Source of the DNA: Ignisphaera sp.
Lineage (GTDB): Archaea; Thermoproteota; Thermoprotei_A; Sulfolobales; Ignisphaeraceae
Reading direction: 5' to 3'
Assembly (NCBI GenBank): GCA_038821645.1
Contig: JAWBDT010000007.1
Span: 11,667-75,666, forward strand
DNA: 64,000 nt
A program made the translations under genes and the position numbers. A model generated the notes under the pieces. That model was not told the DNA's origin. It did no database searches and was given only the letters and a program-made list of their open reading frames with translations. Of this stretch, positions 10,391 through 19,922 are shown piece by piece; position 1 is the stretch's first letter; each line of letters opens with the position of its first letter.

Positions 10391-10714
10391 CTACCTATTA
10401 CCTATGACAAATTTCGGAGGCTCTATCCATTCTGATCTACATCTAGGACATCTCGATGGCTTTCTAGGTCTATCAAGTTCAGAAAACACATAGCCACATT
10501 TTCTACATCTTGCAGGTAGCATGAGCAATAGCTTTTTATTTCCACTTTGTCGTCTAACGGTTTTCGCTATATGCACCAAATGTTCATAAACATCGTAAAC
10601 ATCTATCCCCATAATCTGTGCAATCTCTTCTGCAGATAATGGGGCTTCTGTTGCTTCTAAAAGCTTCATTATCCTCTGTCTAATACTCCCCAAATATTCG
10701 TCTCCAAAATACAC
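10391..10714 (-). CDS. Archaeal transcription regulator, HTH plus Zn ribbon (COG3357-like)
   Basis: N-terminal HTH (VYEHLVHIAKT), CRKCG...KPSRCPRC, WIEPP. Confidence 0.85.
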   Translation of the reverse strand: MYFGDEYLGSIRQRIMKLLEATEAPLSAEEIAQIMGIDVYDVYEHLVHIAKTVRRQSGNKKLLLMLPARCRKCGYVFSELDRPRKPSRCPRCRSEWIEPPKFVIGNR

Positions 10715-10766
10715 CTCATAACCACCCTAAAGAGATGAAAGGGAGATAGGATTTGATCTAGTGGAT

Positions 10767-11099
10767 TCAACACTCTGTGAAACCAAGCACTCTACACCAT
10801 TCACGAATTATTTCTTCTTCTGCCCTCTCTTGCTCAATGAGTTGATGTTCAGCATAATTAGGTTTCCTGGATCCTTTATCGAGGCTCATTTGAATATATT
10901 CAACAGCCTTTCTAGTTGGATGAGAAACTATATTGATGTAAGCTCTAGCAATAGCTGCTACAGTTGCCTCATGTAGAACAATGACCTGGTCCTTCAAAAC
11001 AAGAATCAACCTCATATGTCTATGGTTCGGCGGAATAAAACCTACAACCTTAACAACATCACTATTCCTATACACCTTCACATCAGTAGATACAGACAT
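10767..11099 (-). CDS. Conserved hypothetical protein
   Basis: 110-aa ORF co-directional with the neighbouring gene; motif LHEATVAAIARAY..IVSHP recalled from archaeal hypotheticals. Confidence 0.75.
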   Translation of the reverse strand: MSVSTDVKVYRNSDVVKVVGFIPPNHRHMRLILVLKDQVIVLHEATVAAIARAYINIVSHPTRKAVEYIQMSLDKGSRKPNYAEHQLIEQERAEEEIIREWCRVLGFTEC

Positions 11100-11956
11100 A
11101 ACAACTCACTACTCAGTCCTTTCTTAAACAAGTTTATAGCTGATTAATATCTGATAGCTCTAGATCAAATATGGTGTTAATACCTTATGAAGATTTATTA
11201 ATTATACCAGAATTATGTATAGAGTTGTTTGTAGGTGGTATAGAAAGAAATAACCACATCTCTATTCATTGTAACTATATTGATTCGGTATATGGATAAG
11301 AGGCATGGTTTCCTAATATATATTATATTCTCTGTAAGACAAGGAAATAAAGACTAAATCAATTAAAGAACATTGGTTTAAATAATGTTGATGTAGAGAA
11401 TTTGATTAATTGTTAGTGGGTGTTATCCATATACTTCCTAATGTTGTTAGAGTATGTAGTATGTTTAGAGAAATCAAGGAATTAGATTAAAACATTTGAT
11501 ATATTAAGAGATTTCGGAAATTTTTAATAAGTTCTTTTATATTGATCAACAGATTATGTTCTTTAGATTTTCGAGGGTAGAGATTTAGTTAAAATCAGTA
11601 TTCGAGAGCATTGGATATACATTAAATCATATTCTAGAGTTATTCGATGTTTGTTATCTGAGTGATTGAAGGTTTTGTTGATGTAGATGGGTTTTGAAGT
11701 ATGGTTATGTTTTGTAGAGGTCTTTGATCGATTTTCATGATGATGGGTATTTGTGTTTGATTTCTCTAGTTTAATGATCTTTATTAGAAGTAGTGATTGT
11801 GGTTAAGTGTGTTTGTTCTGATTTTCTCGAGATAAGTAGCATTACCAAACTCTTGATTAATCATATATACTCTATGGGTGTGTATAGATAGATTAAGGTC
11901 TAGTTCGCTATTATTGGTTTGCTAGATCAGTTAATGTATATGTGTGGGTGGTTTAA

Positions 11957-12988
11957 ATGGATAGATATAGATCTAGGGTAGTGATTACAGCTCCTATACA
12001 CAATATATGTATTGATATACTTAAGCAGAGAGCTGATGTATATGTTTATGAAAAGCCATTGTTGAATGAGGAAGAGATTATTGAAGTAGTTAAAGAAATT
12101 AATCCGGATGCCATTGTAGCTGTTCGCGGTATTGAGAAGATAACTAGAAGGGTTTTTGAAGCATGTAGTAATCTGAAAATTGTTGCTAGAAATGGTGTAG
12201 GTTATGACAGTATAGATGTTGCAGCAGCTACTGAGTATGGTGTGTGGGTAACAATAACTCCTGTTAAAGAGCTTTTTCAAGCTGTAGCTGAACATGCTGT
12301 TGCATTGATCCTGTGTTTAGCTAGAAAGATATGTTTAGCGGATAGACGTGTTAGAGAAGGTGGGTGGATAGATGAGGATCTTTTGGGTATAGGTTTAGAG
12401 AAGAAGGTTGTAGGGATTGTTGGTTTAGGTAGGATAGGTGTTGAAATAGCTAGAAAGGTTAAAGGGCTTGGTATAAATGTGATATATTTCGATATAGCTA
12501 GAAAAGAGGATCTTGAGTCAAGTCTAGGTATTGTTTATTCAGATCTACATACATTATTAAGAGAATCAGATTTCGTCGTTCTATCAGTTCCATTAACAGA
12601 AAAAACAAGAGGAATAATAGGCGAATATGAGCTCAGATTGATGAAACCTACAGCTTATGTAATCAATATAGCTAGAGGTGCTGTAATCGATTATCCAGCT
12701 TTACTGAAAGCGCTAAAAGAGAGATGGATAGCAGGTGCAGCTCTAGATGTATTTCCTATAGAACCTGTACCTAGAGATGACGAAATCCTGAAGCTAGATA
12801 ACGTTATACTAACACCACACATAGCTTGGTTTACAGAAGAAGCCAGAATAGCTATGGCTAAAACAGTTGCAGAAGAAGTTGTAAGAGTGCTTAGTTGTGG
12901 TGAACCGCTCTATCCTGTAAATCCTGAGGTAAAGGACAAGGCTAAGACTAAATGCCGCTCTCTACGTAATCTAGATGCCTCTTCTTGA
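11957..12988 (+). CDS. D-2-hydroxyacid dehydrogenase (glyoxylate reductase / D-glycerate dehydrogenase family)
   Basis: Motifs GVGYDSID, GLGRIG, INIARG, LDVF..EP, TPHIA. Confidence 0.9.
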   Translation: MDRYRSRVVITAPIHNICIDILKQRADVYVYEKPLLNEEEIIEVVKEINPDAIVAVRGIEKITRRVFEACSNLKIVARNGVGYDSIDVAAATEYGVWVTITPVKELFQAVAEHAVALILCLARKICLADRRVREGGWIDEDLLGIGLEKKVVGIVGLGRIGVEIARKVKGLGINVIYFDIARKEDLESSLGIVYSDLHTLLRESDFVVLSVPLTEKTRGIIGEYELRLMKPTAYVINIARGAVIDYPALLKALKERWIAGAALDVFPIEPVPRDDEILKLDNVILTPHIAWFTEEARIAMAKTVAEEVVRVLSCGEPLYPVNPEVKDKAKTKCRSLRNLDASS

Positions 12989-13619
12989 TGTAGTCTAGAA
13001 GCGTTTTAGTATCTCTTTTGTTACTCTCTTTACCGATGGATCCATACATTAAGTCTCTTATATACTTCAAATCACTTGTCAGTATCTCTCGTAGAGAAGG
13101 GTTATAGAGCGCTGCTGCAGGATGTATTGTAGGTATTACTGAGACATCTAAACCCAACAGATTTACTGAATAGACTCTGCCCCTCATTCTCATAATACCT
13201 TCCCACTCAATACTACACATCGAGAACACCTTCTTACCAGCGATATTCCCCAATGTTACTACAATCTTAGGCTTGAGCATAACTATCTGAGACTCTAGAT
13301 ATATACTGCAATTCTCTATCTCATCATCTCTCGGCTCTCTATTCTGTGGAGGTCTACACTTAACAACATTAGTTATATAGGTTTGTTCACGTCTAATACC
13401 CAAGCTCTCTAAAACCATAGTGAGTAAACGACCTGCTGCACCAACAAAAGGTCTTCCAAGTTCATCTTCTGTAGCTCCTGGAGCTTCTCCTATAAGCATT
13501 ACTGAAGCATTTCTAGAACCTTCGCCAGGTACAGCGTTTTTCCTGTATCTATGTAGAATACATCTACTACAGCTCCTTATACTAGATTCAAGTTCTTCCC
13601 AAGACTTAAACCGATTCGT
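12948..13619 (-). CDS. udg: Family 4 uracil-DNA glycosylase (Fe-S type), probable non-canonical ACG start
   Basis: Motifs GEAPG, GRPFVG, TNVVKCRPP, HPAA. The in-frame N-terminal CSRC..H..R...VPGEG lies upstream of the ORF-track Met at 13499. Confidence 0.9.
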   Translation of the reverse strand, partial: TNRFKSWEELESSIRSCSRCILHRYRKNAVPGEGSRNASVMLIGEAPGATEDELGRPFVGAAGRLLTMVLESLGIRREQTYITNVVKCRPPQNREPRDDEIENCSIYLESQIVMLKPKIVVTLGNIAGKKVFSMCSIEWEGIMRMRGRVYSVNLLGLDVSVIPTIHPAAALYNPSLREILTSDLKYIRDLMYGSIGKESNKRDTKTLLDYIKKRHLDYVESGI

Positions 13620-13750
13620 GGAGACTCACCACATCTGTCTAGTATATCAATATTCTATGGCGCACTACTAGATGTGTAATAAACACAATAACATTTATAT
13701 TTTATAGCTATATGTACAAGATCTGAAAGTGTATAGTCTGGTGGAACTCT

Positions 13751-13954
13751 ATGGGTCTCAAGCATAAAAAGTATATCTATGTAGCTAGAGCAGATGGATA
13801 TTATGTAAAGATTAGAGTACTGAAGAGTAGAACTGACGAAGAATCTAGATACATAGTGGTGGGTCCAAAAGTTAGAGAACCTCCATTAAATGCTCAAGTT
13901 ATTAGGGAAGACCAGCTACCAGATAAAGTAAAAATGGAACTTTATACAGTATAG
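13751..13954 (+). CDS. Small basic crenarchaeal protein (DUF5622-like; possible crenarchaeal ribosomal protein)
   Basis: 67 aa, begins LKHKKYIYV...YVKIRVLKSR, GGTGG RBS. Family recalled, not searched. Confidence 0.65.
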   Translation: MGLKHKKYIYVARADGYYVKIRVLKSRTDEESRYIVVGPKVREPPLNAQVIREDQLPDKVKMELYTV

Positions 13955-13971
13955 GGTAATAGAGTAGTAGA

Positions 13972-14029
13972 GCTAGATGATGATGTCGACGTAAACGGAT
14001 TGATGACGAAGGGTCGATACTCTGACAAA
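13972..14029 (+). ncRNA. C/D box guide sRNA
   Basis: Intergenic. C ATGATGA 13977-83, 12-nt guide, D' CGGA 13996-99, C' ATGACGA 14003-09, 12-nt guide, D CTGA 14022-25. Confidence 0.8.
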
Positions 14030-14107
14030 AATAGTAGTGATCATTAGTATGAGAATCAGAGTTAGGTAGCCTTAGATGCTCTATAGACTTTAAGAGATGC
14101 TGAAGGT

Positions 14108-14650
14108 ATGTCGGGACTCAAGATACAGTACCTTTCTAAAAAAACTGTAAAGAGTATTCTGACGTTTCTTGAAAATAGAAAAGACATAGATCCGATTTTC
14201 TTGGAAATAATTAGGGAGCATGAAGAAGTTAAGATAGTTATAAGCAGTAGGTTTGAAATAATAGTATTTGATTCAATACCAGCGTTATTTAGGAAGCTAG
14301 ATAGAGGCATCTATATACCAACACTATATGTACTGAATATGCTATACAGTAGCAAAAAGATTGTTATTGTACCAAGTGTAACAACAGATGAAGGTGCTAT
14401 AGCTCCTTTGAAAAGAGGAGCAGACTTAATGATACCTGGTATAAAGAAGATAAACAAGAGCTTTAGCAAAGGAGATATAGTGGCTATAATGGAGCCTGGA
14501 GAAAGATATATCGTAGCAGTAGGTATAGCTCTAGTTAATTCCATAGATGTAGCTCCTAATACAAAGGGTAGAGGTATAGAAAATCTATCACATATAGATG
14601 ACGAGATATGGTCAACATCTCTACATATAGTTAAGGCGCTTTCTAGATAA
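14108..14650 (+). CDS. PUA-domain RNA-binding protein
   Basis: DEGAI..L.RGADLMIPGI and KGRGIENLSHIDD motifs. Confidence 0.88.
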   Translation: MSGLKIQYLSKKTVKSILTFLENRKDIDPIFLEIIREHEEVKIVISSRFEIIVFDSIPALFRKLDRGIYIPTLYVLNMLYSSKKIVIVPSVTTDEGAIAPLKRGADLMIPGIKKINKSFSKGDIVAIMEPGERYIVAVGIALVNSIDVAPNTKGRGIENLSHIDDEIWSTSLHIVKALSR

Positions 14651-15188
14651 CATTAGGTCTCTTAACTCTAAACAAATTCTCATCGCTTCTACTGTATATA
14701 GATATAAAGGTGTTCTCATAAACTACCTCAATCCTAATGATATACTCATAGTTCCTAAAGTCGATCACAGCTATACCGAGATTCTCGATAATGTTGCCAA
14801 TATATCTTAGTAAGGAAGAACAGGAGTCAATAATGTTGCCACGCTTTCTACATCTTCCTATAGCTTTTATTGGGAGTCTATATCCCTTCAATAGAATAGC
14901 ATCTACAACACTTCTCGCTATATATTCATAACCTGTAGAACATGTAAAATCAATAGGTATTATCCAATAGCCTCTAATATTTCTAGAGACTATATACCTA
15001 ACAACAGTATATACATTGAGCTGCTTCTCCATATATACTATGACAAAACCTTTATCAGAGAACCATAAACATCTAGCCTCAATACCATAACTAAATAGTA
15101 TGTCTAATACATCATTACATACACCTTCCTCATTACCGATATCACATGTAATCATTATTCTGGGTTCAGCAACCTTGACATCTATCAC
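14643..15188 (-). CDS. THUMP-domain RNA-binding protein
   Basis: ITC..GNE N-terminus, IIPID, CRKRG, IDF.NYEYIIRIEV. Confidence 0.7.
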   Translation of the reverse strand: MIDVKVAEPRIMITCDIGNEEGVCNDVLDILFSYGIEARCLWFSDKGFVIVYMEKQLNVYTVVRYIVSRNIRGYWIIPIDFTCSTGYEYIARSVVDAILLKGYRLPIKAIGRCRKRGNIIDSCSSLLRYIGNIIENLGIAVIDFRNYEYIIRIEVVYENTFISIYSRSDENLFRVKRPNVI

Positions 15189-15220
15189 AATTCAACACGC
15201 TCGTACCTCATCATCACCCA
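15162..15220 (-). ncRNA. C/D box guide sRNA overlapping the start of the THUMP gene
   Basis: Minus strand reads ATGATGA-GGTACGAGCGTG-TTGA-att-GTGATAG-ATGTCAAGGTTG-CTGA. Confidence 0.65.
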
Positions 15221-15281
15221 ATAGGTAAATAAACATTTAACCCCTAAAAACTGGTTAATATAATTTCGGGAAACAAGTAGT

Positions 15282-15366
15282 GCGGGGGTGCCCGAGCTAG
15301 GTCAAAGGGGGCGGGCTTAAGACCCGCTGGCGTAGGCCTGCGTGGGTTCAAATCCCACCCCCCGCA
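15282..15366 (+). tRNA. tRNA-Leu(TAA), no intron, CCA not encoded
   Basis: GCGGGGG/CCCCCGC acceptor stem, anticodon arm GCGGG-CTTAAGA-CCCGC, long variable arm, TTCAAAT T-loop. Confidence 0.97.
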
Positions 15367-15564
15367 TTATCAACTTGATGTCTAATAATTATTACTATAC
15401 ATGGTTGTGAAGATTTAACAAGATGTATATCGTATGGATTATGTAGATTTATGATCAAGATTCTCATGAACATTCTGATGACCTGTTCTAATAATATTTT
15501 TCATATACATTTATATTGGTTCCTAAAGCAAGGGCTCTAGTATACATGTTATTGGGAGAACTGT

Positions 15565-16500
15565 ATGGGAAAAAGTGTTGTACTTTTTGCTCCAGCTCAA
15601 CTTGAGCAACTAGATGAAAAGTATAGTTTGCCTTTCAAATTCAGAAATCTGTTGAAGAATTCATCGTTAAGTAGCATTATAGAGCCAGGCAACATTGTCG
15701 CAATAAAGTTGCATGTAGGTGATATGTCTCATGGAGGTTTTAGAACCATTAGGACAATATTCATTAAAATACTTGTTGATTATGTTAAAAGTGTCGGTGG
15801 AGTACCATTTCTAACAGATACATGGGGTCTTAATCACGTTATAGTTGGTATAGAGAATGGATATGGCTATGAAGCTGTTGGAGCACCATTAATACCTGTC
15901 TCGGGTATAAAGGAACATGATGTTGTAAAGGTTTACGTACCTAACCCATTAAGATTGAACGAGGTAGAAGTTGGTGGAAGTGCATACTATGCAGATGTCA
16001 TTATAAACTTTGCTCATAGCAAAGGTCATCCAGCCTCGGGCTATGGTGGAGCCATAAAGAACATAGCTATGGGTTGCACAGGACCTAATACGCGAAGAGA
16101 AATACATAATCTCGAGCAACTCGATAACGATGGTAGAGCATTTCAAGAGGCATTAGTTGATGCATTCCATGGTGTTATCCTTAACAAGCCTAAGAAAGTG
16201 TTCCACATAAATTACGTACTCGATGTAACACCTACATGTGATTGTGCCCCATGGTCAGATATACCTATAGTTCCTGATATAGGGATACTTGCCTCAGAGG
16301 ATGTTGTAGCTCTAGAGAAAGCAACACTAGATATGATTAATGAAGCACCTATTGTTCCTAGATCTATAGCTGAGAAAGCAGATATAAAACCAAGAGAAAA
16401 TAAGTTCTTTAAACTGCATGCCAAAGATCCATATATTCAGGTGGAGGCTGGTTATAGAAAGGGTTTAGGACGTCTTGATTATGAGATAGTTATGGTGTAG
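15565..16500 (+). CDS. DUF362 family Fe-S protein (COG2768-like)
   Basis: Motifs VAIKLHVG, GGVPFLTD, HSKGH..GYGGAIKNIAMGC, CDC, DIGILAS.D.VA. Confidence 0.85.
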   Translation: MGKSVVLFAPAQLEQLDEKYSLPFKFRNLLKNSSLSSIIEPGNIVAIKLHVGDMSHGGFRTIRTIFIKILVDYVKSVGGVPFLTDTWGLNHVIVGIENGYGYEAVGAPLIPVSGIKEHDVVKVYVPNPLRLNEVEVGGSAYYADVIINFAHSKGHPASGYGGAIKNIAMGCTGPNTRREIHNLEQLDNDGRAFQEALVDAFHGVILNKPKKVFHINYVLDVTPTCDCAPWSDIPIVPDIGILASEDVVALEKATLDMINEAPIVPRSIAEKADIKPRENKFFKLHAKDPYIQVEAGYRKGLGRLDYEIVMV

Positions 16501-16505
16501 ATATC

Positions 16506-16733
16506 TTGAGGCAAAAAGTATGGGTAGATCAAACAAAATGTATTGGATGTGGCAAATGTGTTGCTGTATGTACAAATAATGTATTCAAAATTGTTAACAA
16601 AAAATCTATTGCTATAAATCCTGAAAACTGTGTTACATGTAGAGCCTGTACAACTAATTGCCCTACGGGGGCAGTATCTTTAGCACCACGTGATGTATAT
16701 GCTGCATACGCTAGATTCTATAAGAAGAATTAG
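16506..16733 (+). CDS. 2x[4Fe-4S] ferredoxin
   Basis: CIGCGKCVAVC and CVTCRACTTNCP; TTG start 5 nt after the DUF362 stop. Confidence 0.9.
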   Translation: MRQKVWVDQTKCIGCGKCVAVCTNNVFKIVNKKSIAINPENCVTCRACTTNCPTGAVSLAPRDVYAAYARFYKKN

Positions 16734-16857
16734 ACATCTGAATATTGGATCAATTATTTATATCGTTATCGAAAAACAGTAAATATATGATCGATACAGA
16801 GAGTTGCTATGTAATGTAGTGTCTTCGATAACGATAACCGAGAATAATTCTATGTAC

Positions 16858-19548
16858 TTACTTGTTAATGACTTTTTGTTCTAGATAACTCTTTACAATT
16901 TCCTGTAGTTTTGCTATAATCTTTCTCTTGTCCTCCATTAAAACAACATCACTATAACCATATGCAATCATGTTGTGTGCAAATGGGCTAGGCGCGTAAC
17001 GACTAAAGGTATATGCTATCTTTATTTCTCCAGAGTGTATCTTCCTAATAACTTCTTTAGCATGCGTAAGATCCATAAAATCTTCCAGTATTTCTCTATA
17101 TGTTTCTTCGATTATAGGAAACTTGTGGTACTTTTCTACAACTTCTATAAGTTTTTCAGCATTTATCTGCCTTCTGGCTAGAGCTACATCAACACCTTTG
17201 TATCTTCTGAGAAGCATGAAGGCTCTTTCAGCACAATGTCTAAATCTCTTCTTAAAGAGTTCTGTATTCCTGATAGCTTTTCTAGCTATTTCCTCAACTA
17301 GATCTTCTGTGACCTCTCTTATGATATCATCGATAAGTTCCTTCAACATGCTATCAGCTATAGTTATATTCTTTAGTGTTAGTATAAATCCATTGTCTGT
17401 TACAGTTATTCTAACATTTTCCCCAAGTTTCTTGCTGAGCATGTATGCATAAACTCTCGAAAGAACATCATTAACTCTTCTGCCAAATAGTGCATGAAAT
17501 ATTATATTTATAGACTTCAACTCTAAATCTCTCCACACCTCTATAACAATAAGTTCATCAGAGGGAATCTTCCCCATATACTGTAGCTGTTGATAGACAT
17601 AGTCATAGATATATTCAGCAGCATGTCTCTCTAGATCATACTCTTTAACAAGAATCTCGATAACCTTCTCTCTAGGGAGACGTTCTATCAGTATTGCTAG
17701 ATTTCTCCTAAACCTACCTACCTCAAGTGCTGAATCATAAGAAAGCGGTAGCATTTCGGAAAACCATGTTGGTACAGTAGGTTTTTCTCCTTCAGCTGGT
17801 GATACATATATATGTGTTGGATGAATTGCTAAAACTCTATACGTATTACCTCCTAATACGAATATGTCTCCAGGATTAAGTATCTCTACAAAACCTTCTT
17901 CAAGATCTCCAACATATTTCTTTCTATTCTCTTCATATGATATTACGGGTATTTTAGCTTCATCAGGTATAACACCAACATTAAGTTGGTATATCATTCT
18001 TGCACCTTTTCTTCTACCAACGATTTTCGTTTCTTCATCAAACCTAATCTTTGAGTATACATTATAGTCCTCTAGACCGGGATATCTACCAGCTAAGTAT
18101 CTTATAACACTCATGAGCTCTTCTTCAGTTAACCCTCTATAGGGATACGCTCTTTTAACGATGTCCAGAATTTCTTGAATAGACCTAGGTTTCTCAAGAG
18201 ACATACCAACTATGTGTTGTACCAATACATCTAGTGGTTTTAAAGGTATCTTTACATTGTCTATCTTTCTCTCTCTCGCTAATTTAGCTAGTACTGTGCA
18301 CTCTATAAGATCATCTCTATCAACAACAACTATGACACCCCTACTTACAGCATAAGCATTATGTCCCGCTCTTCCAACTCTTTGCAGAAGTCTAGTAACA
18401 CTTTTTGGACTACTTAAAAGAGTCACTAAATCGATATAACCTATGTCTATACCTAGTTCAAGACTTGTAGAAGATACAACAACCTTTAGTTCTCCTCTCT
18501 TTAGCTTATCTTCTACCTCAAGTCTTACCTCTCTACTGAGGCTACTGTGATGAGCTTCAATGCTATCTACATTAAATACTCCATTGCTACTCAATATCTT
18601 CTTAAGTTTATAGACAACTCTCTCCGTAGCGCTACGGGTATTCGTGAAGATAAGTGTTGTACGATTACTGAGGACAAGGTTTGTCAAAATATCGTATATA
18701 GCTTCATTTAGAACTGAGGCAGGTGTGTATACTAGATCCATTTTGGGACATAGGACATCTATGTCTATAGGTTTTGCGAATCTAGCATCAACAATAACTA
18801 CTGGTCTAGGTTCACCATTACTATTGAATCCGGTTAAGAATCTAGCCACCTCTTCTAAAGGTGATATAGTTGCGCTTAACCCTATTCTCTGAAACTCATT
18901 ATCTGTAAGATCTACGAGTCGTTCAAGTGATAACGCTAAATGTGATCCACGTTTATTACCAGCTAATTCATGTATCTCATCAATTATGACCCATTTAACG
19001 TTTCTTAGTTTTTCTCTAAATTTTGGAGCATTAAGTGTTAGAGCAAGACTTTCGGGTGTAGTAATCAGTATATGTGGTGGTTCTCGAAGCATTTTGGCTT
19101 TCTCATTAGGAAGGGTATCACTAGTTCTAACACCAACTCTTAAGCTAACATCTCTATTGTACCACTTCCTTATGTACTCATTAATATTTGTGATAGGGAC
19201 TATAAGGTTCTTCTTCATATCATTATTCAAGGCCCTCAATGGAGATACATAGAGAGCATAGACATGATCTTCGATTTCATCATTAAGTGCATACCTAATT
19301 AAATCATCTATTATGGGTATGAATGCTGCTAAAGTTTTGCCTGTACCCGTAGGACTTGAGATAAGTACATTATGTCCTTGCTTTATGTAGGGTATAGCCA
19401 TTTTCTGAGGTGGAGTTAAAGATCCGTAATGTTCCTTAAACCATGTTGCTATAGGTTCAAGCAGAAAACTAAGTACGTATTTATCATCAAATTCTTTGGC
19501 ATAAACTATATCTTTTCCAGTACTAGATTCTTTAGACATTATCAACAC
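16858..19548 (-). CDS. lhr: Lhr-family ATP-dependent helicase
   Basis: Motifs PTGTGKT, TTPESL, DEIH, GLSAT, HHSSL, SLELGIDIG, QRVGRAGH. Confidence 0.93.
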   Translation of the reverse strand: MLIMSKESSTGKDIVYAKEFDDKYVLSFLLEPIATWFKEHYGSLTPPQKMAIPYIKQGHNVLISSPTGTGKTLAAFIPIIDDLIRYALNDEIEDHVYALYVSPLRALNNDMKKNLIVPITNINEYIRKWYNRDVSLRVGVRTSDTLPNEKAKMLREPPHILITTPESLALTLNAPKFREKLRNVKWVIIDEIHELAGNKRGSHLALSLERLVDLTDNEFQRIGLSATISPLEEVARFLTGFNSNGEPRPVVIVDARFAKPIDIDVLCPKMDLVYTPASVLNEAIYDILTNLVLSNRTTLIFTNTRSATERVVYKLKKILSSNGVFNVDSIEAHHSSLSREVRLEVEDKLKRGELKVVVSSTSLELGIDIGYIDLVTLLSSPKSVTRLLQRVGRAGHNAYAVSRGVIVVVDRDDLIECTVLAKLARERKIDNVKIPLKPLDVLVQHIVGMSLEKPRSIQEILDIVKRAYPYRGLTEEELMSVIRYLAGRYPGLEDYNVYSKIRFDEETKIVGRRKGARMIYQLNVGVIPDEAKIPVISYEENRKKYVGDLEEGFVEILNPGDIFVLGGNTYRVLAIHPTHIYVSPAEGEKPTVPTWFSEMLPLSYDSALEVGRFRRNLAILIERLPREKVIEILVKEYDLERHAAEYIYDYVYQQLQYMGKIPSDELIVIEVWRDLELKSINIIFHALFGRRVNDVLSRVYAYMLSKKLGENVRITVTDNGFILTLKNITIADSMLKELIDDIIREVTEDLVEEIARKAIRNTELFKKRFRHCAERAFMLLRRYKGVDVALARRQINAEKLIEVVEKYHKFPIIEETYREILEDFMDLTHAKEVIRKIHSGEIKIAYTFSRYAPSPFAHNMIAYGYSDVVLMEDKRKIIAKLQEIVKSYLEQKVINK

Positions 19549-19637
19549 TGTGTTTCGGCATACTAGCCATATAATCTCTATAAAAATGATTACTTGTAGT
19601 TACCTGCTAAAAAATGTACCTCTGATAAAATCGAAGT

Positions 19638-19922
19638 TCAGAGTGTATGTAGGTGTGAAAGTGCTTTCCTGATATTCTGTGGTAGAGACATATAATCTAT
19701 TTCTTCTGCTTTTGCTGTATCGTAGGACCATTCTTTTTCTTCTTCCTCTTTTGTTACATACTTATGTTGAAGAGTCTGTAGAGGTACTACAAATAATTTT
19801 CCATCAGATGTCCTACACAACTCTACAATAATTTTCTTTGAACCTTTCCTAACTATATACACCTTTTCTGTTGTTATGCTAATCATTAGGTAACACCTTT
19901 CCACAAAGTTACTTATTCTCAC
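19638..19922 (-). CDS. Conserved hypothetical protein (probable start near 19886)
   Basis: Co-directional with neighbours; an AGGTG RBS precedes the internal ATG. Confidence 0.65.
   Translation of the reverse strand: MRISNFVERCYLMISITTEKVYIVRKGSKKIIVELCRTSDGKLFVVPLQTLQHKYVTKEEEEKEWSYDTAKAEEIDYMSLPQNIRKALSHLHTL

Noticed and set aside
11737-11822. ATGATGA...TTGA possible C/D sRNA
   Set aside because: No properly spaced C' and D boxes; it lies in a G/T-rich patch where such words arise by chance.
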